From positions 166,194 through 230,193 of the forward strand of contig CACEMG010000001.1 of assembly GCA_902560565.1 (NCBI GenBank): DNA of 64,000 bases, read 5' to 3'. Of the stretch, positions 58,957-64,000 are shown in pieces. Numbering within the stretch: the stretch's first letter is position 1; each line of letters begins with the position of its first letter. The stretch comes from an uncultured Pelagibacteraceae bacterium. GTDB taxonomy: Bacteria > Pseudomonadota > Alphaproteobacteria > Pelagibacterales > Pelagibacteraceae. The notes below the pieces were generated by a model. That model did not search any database. It worked only from the letters and a program-made list of their open reading frames with translations, and had not been told where the DNA came from. The translations under genes and the position numbers were made by a program.

Positions 58957-58977
58957 TATAAATTCACAAAATATACT

Positions 58978-59976
58978 ATGAATATTGCAATCGTTGGAGC
59001 TACTGGAAATGTAGGAAGAAAGATCCTTGAGGTTTTAGAAAAAAAAAATTTTAGGGTGGATAATTTATATTTATTAGCTTCAACTAAAAGTTTGGGATCA
59101 TCTTTGAATTTTAAAGGCAAAGATGTTAAAATTGAATTACTAGAAGATTTTGATTTTTCAAAAGTTGATTTGACTTTCTTCTCTGCTGGAGGAAAAATTT
59201 CAGAAAAGTTTGCTCCAAAAGCTGCTAAAAATTCTATAGTAGTTGATAATTCAAGTTTCTTTAGAATGGATCCAGAGGTTCCACTTATAGTTCCACAAGT
59301 TAATCCTAATGACATGAAGAATACACCTAAAAATATAATTGCTAATCCCAATTGTTCTACAGCTCAGCTTGTTATAGTTTTAAAACCACTTCATGATTTA
59401 TTTAAAATAAAAAGGGTTGTTGTATCTACATATCAATCAACTTCTGGCGCAGGGAAAGCTCCGATGGATGAAATGGTTGAGCAAACAATGTCCATAATAA
59501 ATAGTAAAAAAGTTTCTTCAGAAAATTTTACTAAACAAATAGCTTTTAACGCAATACCTCACATAGATGATTTTGCAGAGGATGGATACACAAAAGAAGA
59601 GTTAAAAATGACTCGTGAAACAAAAAAGATTTTGGATGATAAAATTGAACTCACAGCAACATGTGTGAGAATTCCAGTAAAAGTTTCTCATGCTGAGTCT
59701 GTTAATATTGAATTTGAAAAACCTTTTACTGTAAAAAAAATAAGTGAAACTCTAAATAACTCACCAGGTTGTAAAGTTTTTGATAAAAGAGAAAATGCAG
59801 GTTACATTACCCCAGTAGATGCAGTGGGTAAAAATGAGACTTTTGTCTCAAGAATAAGAGAGGATAATTCAAAAAATAATTCTTTGAATTTATGGATTGT
59901 TTCAGATAACTTATTAAGAGGTGCGGCTCTTAATGCTGTAGAAATTGCAGAAACATATTTTAGGATGGGAAAATGA
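58978..59976 (+). CDS. asd: Aspartate-semialdehyde dehydrogenase
   Basis: VGATGNVG, DNSS.FRM, ANPNCST, TYQSTSGAG, DNLLRGAALN. Confidence 0.97.
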   Translation: MNIAIVGATGNVGRKILEVLEKKNFRVDNLYLLASTKSLGSSLNFKGKDVKIELLEDFDFSKVDLTFFSAGGKISEKFAPKAAKNSIVVDNSSFFRMDPEVPLIVPQVNPNDMKNTPKNIIANPNCSTAQLVIVLKPLHDLFKIKRVVVSTYQSTSGAGKAPMDEMVEQTMSIINSKKVSSENFTKQIAFNAIPHIDDFAEDGYTKEELKMTRETKKILDDKIELTATCVRIPVKVSHAESVNIEFEKPFTVKKISETLNNSPGCKVFDKRENAGYITPVDAVGKNETFVSRIREDNSKNNSLNLWIVSDNLLRGAALNAVEIAETYFRMGK

Positions 59977-60359
59977 AAAATGACAATCCATTATCACCAC
60001 ACATTCAAATATATAACTGGCATATATCCTCTTTAGTTTCAATTTCACACCGAATTACAGGAATAATAAATTTTGCATCCTTAACTTTAATATGTTTCTG
60101 GGTTTCCTGTCTGCTTTTAGGAAAAGATAATTATGGACTTGTTTTTATTTTTTTAAATTCTTTTTTTGGAAAATTTTTAATTTTGGGAATTGTTTGGTCT
60201 TTTTCTTTTCAAATATTAAGTGAAATAAGACATTTGTTTTGGGACTACGGCATTGGATTTGAACTAAAAATTGCAAATATTACAGGGTCATTAGTGATAG
60301 TTGGTTCATTTATATTAACTCTTTTTATTTACATATTAGGAAAAAACTTTTTACTATGA
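59973..60359 (+). CDS. sdhC: Succinate dehydrogenase membrane anchor subunit C
   Basis: PLSPHIQIY, SISHRITG, IRHLFWD; three TM helices; operon position. Confidence 0.93.
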   Translation: MKNDNPLSPHIQIYNWHISSLVSISHRITGIINFASLTLICFWVSCLLLGKDNYGLVFIFLNSFFGKFLILGIVWSFSFQILSEIRHLFWDYGIGFELKIANITGSLVIVGSFILTLFIYILGKNFLL

Positions 60360-60685
60360 TTACTGCAACAAAAAAGTGGATTTTTCTAAAAGTGAGTGCT
60401 GTAATTATGTTGCCTCTGATGATCTGGTTCGTATTTCAGCTGGTTTCTATATATAATATGGGTTTTGAGGACATTAATTCTTTTTTTGCAAAACAGCCAA
60501 ATAAGTTTTTGTTCTCTTTATTTGTAGTAATTAACTATTTTTACTCAGCATTAAGCATAAGTGAGGTATTTGAGGATTATATAGTGGGTGAAAAATTAAA
60601 AAATGTCGCAAACAAAATACTCTATTTATTTGCTATTATAATGCCAATTTTTACAATATTTATATTATACAAATTAAGTTTATGA
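60356..60685 (+). CDS. sdhD: Succinate dehydrogenase membrane anchor subunit D
   Basis: W...K.SA, V.EDY quinone motif, three TM helices; between sdhC and sdhA. Confidence 0.85.
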   Translation: MITATKKWIFLKVSAVIMLPLMIWFVFQLVSIYNMGFEDINSFFAKQPNKFLFSLFVVINYFYSALSISEVFEDYIVGEKLKNVANKILYLFAIIMPIFTIFILYKLSL

Positions 60686-62457
60686 GAAGTTATAAAATAA
60701 TAGATCACGAATACGATGTTGTAGTTTTGGGTGCAGGAGGATCTGGTCTTAGAGCTGCAGTTGGATTAAGCGAAGCTGGATTAAAGACAGCATGTATCTC
60801 AAAAGTATTCCCAACACGTAGTCATACATCTGCAGCCCAAGGAGGCATTTCAGCAGCATTAGGAAATATGGGTGAAGACGATTGGAGATGGCATATGTAT
60901 GATACTGTTAAAGGATCTGATTGGTTGGGAGATCAAGACTGTATAGAATATCTTTGTAAAGAAGCACCAAGAGCAGTTTTAGAGCTTGAAAAATATGGAG
61001 TGCCATTTAGTAGAACAGAAGATGGCAAAATTTATCAAAGACCATTTGGTGGTATGACAAAAAATTATGGAAATGGAACGGTGCAGAGAACTTGTGCGGC
61101 AGCTGATAGAACAGGCCATGCAATTTTGCACACGCTTTATGGTCAAGCTTTGAAACACAATACTGAATTTTTTATTGAATATTTTGCATTAGATTTATTA
61201 ATGAAAAATGGAGAGTGCAAAGGATTGATAGCATGGAACTTGAATGATGGAACAATTCATAGGTTCAGATCACATATTACAATAATTGCAACTGGTGGAT
61301 ATGGCAAAGTCTATTATTCAGCAACTTCTGCTCATACTTGTACTGGCGATGGAAATGCAATGGTTTTAAGAGCTGGATTACCACTTCAAGATATGGAATT
61401 TGTACAATTTCATCCTACAGGAATTTATGGTCATGGAACTTTAATTTCTGAAGGTGTTAGAGGTGAGGGAGGATATTTAGTAAACTCTAAGGGTGAAAGG
61501 TTTATGGAAAAATATGCGCCTAAAGCAAAAGATCTTGCTTCCAGAGATGTTGTAAGTAGATCAATCGCAGTCGAAATTAATGAAGGACGTGGTGTTGGTA
61601 AGGATAAAGATCATGTTCATTTACATCTAAATCATTTAGACCAAAAAGTAATTGAGGACAGATTGCCAGGTATCTCAGAAGCTTCAAGACTTTTTGCAAA
61701 CGTTGATGTAACTAAGGAACCAATTCCAGTGGTACCGACAGTTCATTATAATATGGGTGGAATACCTACTAATTATAAAGCGGAAGTAATAACAATGAAT
61801 GGATCAGAAAAAACTGTACCAGGACTTATGGCAATTGGTGAGGCTGCTTGCGTTTCTGTTCATGGTGCAAATAGACTAGGATCAAATTCTTTAATTGATT
61901 TAGTTGTATTTGGCAGAGCAGCAGCAAAAAGAGCCGCTGAACTAGTAAAACCTGGTATGAAACATGAAGACATACCTCAAAGTGAAACAGATAAATGCCT
62001 AGAGAGATTTGATAAATTAAGAAACTCTAAAGGATCAAATCCCACTGCAGAATTAAGGTTGGCAATGCAAAAAACTATGCAATCAAAATGTGCAGTATTT
62101 AGAACTGAAAAAACTTTAACAGAAGGTGTAAATGAAATTAGAAAACCTTTTGAAGAAATGGAAAATATCTCTGTAAAAGACAATTCATTGATTTTTAATA
62201 CAGATTTAGTTGAAACACTTGAATTTGATAATTTAATTAGACAAGCAATCACAACTATGGACTCTGCATATAGCAGAAAAGAGAGCAGAGGTGCTCACGC
62301 AAGAGAAGATTTTCCAAAAAGAGACGACAAATATTTTATGAAACATACATTGTCATGGTGTGATGGTACAAAAACTAAAATTGACTACAGACCAGTAAAT
62401 ATTTCAACACTCACAAGTGATGTTCAGTACTTTCCTCCACGAGAAAGAGTATATTAA
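60682..62457 (+). CDS. sdhA: Succinate dehydrogenase flavoprotein
   Basis: [37 protein letters not shown]. Confidence 0.98.
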   Translation: MRSYKIIDHEYDVVVLGAGGSGLRAAVGLSEAGLKTACISKVFPTRSHTSAAQGGISAALGNMGEDDWRWHMYDTVKGSDWLGDQDCIEYLCKEAPRAVLELEKYGVPFSRTEDGKIYQRPFGGMTKNYGNGTVQRTCAAADRTGHAILHTLYGQALKHNTEFFIEYFALDLLMKNGECKGLIAWNLNDGTIHRFRSHITIIATGGYGKVYYSATSAHTCTGDGNAMVLRAGLPLQDMEFVQFHPTGIYGHGTLISEGVRGEGGYLVNSKGERFMEKYAPKAKDLASRDVVSRSIAVEINEGRGVGKDKDHVHLHLNHLDQKVIEDRLPGISEASRLFANVDVTKEPIPVVPTVHYNMGGIPTNYKAEVITMNGSEKTVPGLMAIGEAACVSVHGANRLGSNSLIDLVVFGRAAAKRAAELVKPGMKHEDIPQSETDKCLERFDKLRNSKGSNPTAELRLAMQKTMQSKCAVFRTEKTLTEGVNEIRKPFEEMENISVKDNSLIFNTDLVETLEFDNLIRQAITTMDSAYSRKESRGAHAREDFPKRDDKYFMKHTLSWCDGTKTKIDYRPVNISTLTSDVQYFPPRERVY

Positions 62458-63230
62458 TGGTTCAAATAAGGTTACCTGAGAACTCAAAGATTGAAAAAGG
62501 AAACTATTTTAAAGATAAAACAGGATCGAAAAATTTAAGGAAAGTAAACGTTTACAGATGGGATCCTTCCACTGGAAAAAATCCAAGAATAGACACTTAT
62601 GAAGTTGATATGGACAATTGTCCTTCTAAAGTTTTAGACATCTTAAATAAAATTAAAAACGAAATCGATCCATCTATTGCTTATAGAAGATCTTGCGCTC
62701 ATGGAGTTTGTGGTTCTTGTGCAATGAATATGGATGGAAAAAATGGGCTTGCTTGCACTAAACCACACTCTGAAATCAAAGGTGATATAAATATTTATCC
62801 CTTGCCTCATTTAAAAGTGTTAAAAGATTTAATTGGAGATTTAAGCACATTATACAAACAATACGAGTCAGTAGAACCTTGGCTTAAAACCTCAAAAAAA
62901 AATGATGAAAAAGAAAATCTACAATCCAAAAAAGATAGAGCAAAATTAGATGGTTTGTATGAATGCATAATGTGCGCTTGCTGTTCAACGTCTTGCCCAA
63001 GTTATTGGTGGAATGGAGAAAAATATTTAGGACCAGCTGTATTACTTCAAGCTTATAGATGGATCATAGATAGTAGGGATGAAGATAGAAAAGCGAGACT
63101 TAAAAAAGTTGCAGATGAGCTAAAATTATATAGATGTCATACTATCATGAATTGCACAAACGCATGTCCAAAGGGTTTAAATCCAGCAAAAGCGATCGCA
63201 TCTATTAAGAAAATGCTTGCAACAAGCTAA
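62457..63230 (+). CDS. sdhB: Succinate dehydrogenase iron-sulfur subunit
   Basis: [39 protein letters not shown]. Confidence 0.98.
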   Translation: MVQIRLPENSKIEKGNYFKDKTGSKNLRKVNVYRWDPSTGKNPRIDTYEVDMDNCPSKVLDILNKIKNEIDPSIAYRRSCAHGVCGSCAMNMDGKNGLACTKPHSEIKGDINIYPLPHLKVLKDLIGDLSTLYKQYESVEPWLKTSKKNDEKENLQSKKDRAKLDGLYECIMCACCSTSCPSYWWNGEKYLGPAVLLQAYRWIIDSRDEDRKARLKKVADELKLYRCHTIMNCTNACPKGLNPAKAIASIKKMLATS

Positions 63231-63253
63231 TTAGTTATTTAAATAATTTTTCA

Positions 63254-64000
63254 ATGAATTTAATTGAACACTTTGTAAATGGTAATTTATCTAAAGGTGA
63301 CTCCGATAGAAGAGGTAAAGTTTACAATCCTGCAACTGGTGAACAAACTTCTGAAGTGATACTAGGGTCTAAAAAAGATTTAGATAATACAGTTTTAATA
63401 GCAAAAAAAGCTTTTGAAAGCTGGTCACTGAAGCCACCACTTCAAAGAGCAAGAGTAATGTTTAAGTTTAAAGAATTAATTGAGAAAAACTCTGATGAGA
63501 TAACAAAAATGATTGTTGCAGAACATGGAAAAGTTTATGAAGATGCAAAGGGTTCTTTGACAAGGGGTTTAGAAGTTGTAGAGTTTGCATGTGGAATTCC
63601 TCAAATTTTAAAAGGAGAGTTTACTGAGAATGTTGGCTCAGAGGTTGATAGTTGGTCTATAAGACAACCATTGGGAGTTTGTGCTGGTATTACCCCATTT
63701 AATTTTCCGGCTATGGTTCCCATGTGGATGTTTCCAATGGCAATTGCATGCGGAAATACATTTATACTCAAACCATCTGAAAAAGATCCTTCATGTTCAA
63801 TAAAACTAGCGGAACTATTTAAAGAAGCTGGTTTACCAGATGGTGTATTTAATGTTGTTAATGGAGATAAAGAAGTTGTGGATGCAATTTTAGTTAATGA
63901 GGATATTCAGGCTGTAAGTTTTGTGGGATCTACTCCGATTGCAAAATATATTTATGAAAATGCTGCTAAAAATGAAAAAAGAGTTCAGGCACTTGGTGGA
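63254..64000 (+). CDS. mmsA: CoA-acylating methylmalonate-semialdehyde dehydrogenase (truncated by window end)
   Basis: Translated by hand: MNLIEHFVNG...YNPATGE...EHGK...RGLEVVEFACGIP...GITPFNFPAMVPMWMFP...KPSEKDP...SFVGST. Confidence 0.92.
   Translation, partial: MNLIEHFVNGNLSKGDSDRRGKVYNPATGEQTSEVILGSKKDLDNTVLIAKKAFESWSLKPPLQRARVMFKFKELIEKNSDEITKMIVAEHGKVYEDAKGSLTRGLEVVEFACGIPQILKGEFTENVGSEVDSWSIRQPLGVCAGITPFNFPAMVPMWMFPMAIACGNTFILKPSEKDPSCSIKLAELFKEAGLPDGVFNVVNGDKEVVDAILVNEDIQAVSFVGSTPIAKYIYENAAKNEKRVQALGG

Noticed and set aside
72-62252. Many 60-150 aa antisense or nested ORFs in the track, and long A/T homopolymers as frameshift sites
   Set aside because: All lie within well-supported genes. 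The host ORFs are full length, so there is no evidence of pseudogenes or programmed frameshifts.

Overview
This is a very AT-rich, gene-dense stretch of core chromosome from an alphaproteobacterium. Gene content, order and protein style point to Pelagibacterales (SAR11). I see no prophage, IS, integrase or CRISPR array. Housekeeping content includes ftsK-lolA, purH-rpe, tsaD, hemCD, folD, argG, ccmCDEFGH, ftsY-dapF/ffh-rpsP-trmD-rplS-leuCDB and asd-sdhCDAB, plus tRNA-Gly(GCC) and the structured ffh leader RNA. Metabolic content includes an acetate module (actP, acs), the DMSP demethylation cluster (dmdC-dmdB-hydrolase-dmdA) and a 10-gene 2-hydroxy/2-oxo-acid cluster (two tandem LldD-like enzymes, aminotransferase, FAD D-hydroxyacid oxidase, 2-hydroxyacid reductase, TRAP transporter, amidase, small membrane protein). 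The most notable observations are: (1) SdhC and SdhD both lack the conserved heme-b axial histidines, suggesting a heme-free complex II; (2) the SucD-family gene at the window start has malate-thiokinase (MtkB) signatures, while the mdh-sucCDAB-lpd block that usually follows sdhB is absent; (3) an unexplained 16-bp hairpin with CU-rich anti-SD-like loop motifs lies between hspQ and ccmC; (4) a probable CUG start codon sits in the dmd operon; (5) Acs and ArgG carry polybasic N-terminal tails. All calls come from motif recognition by eye; no searches were run.
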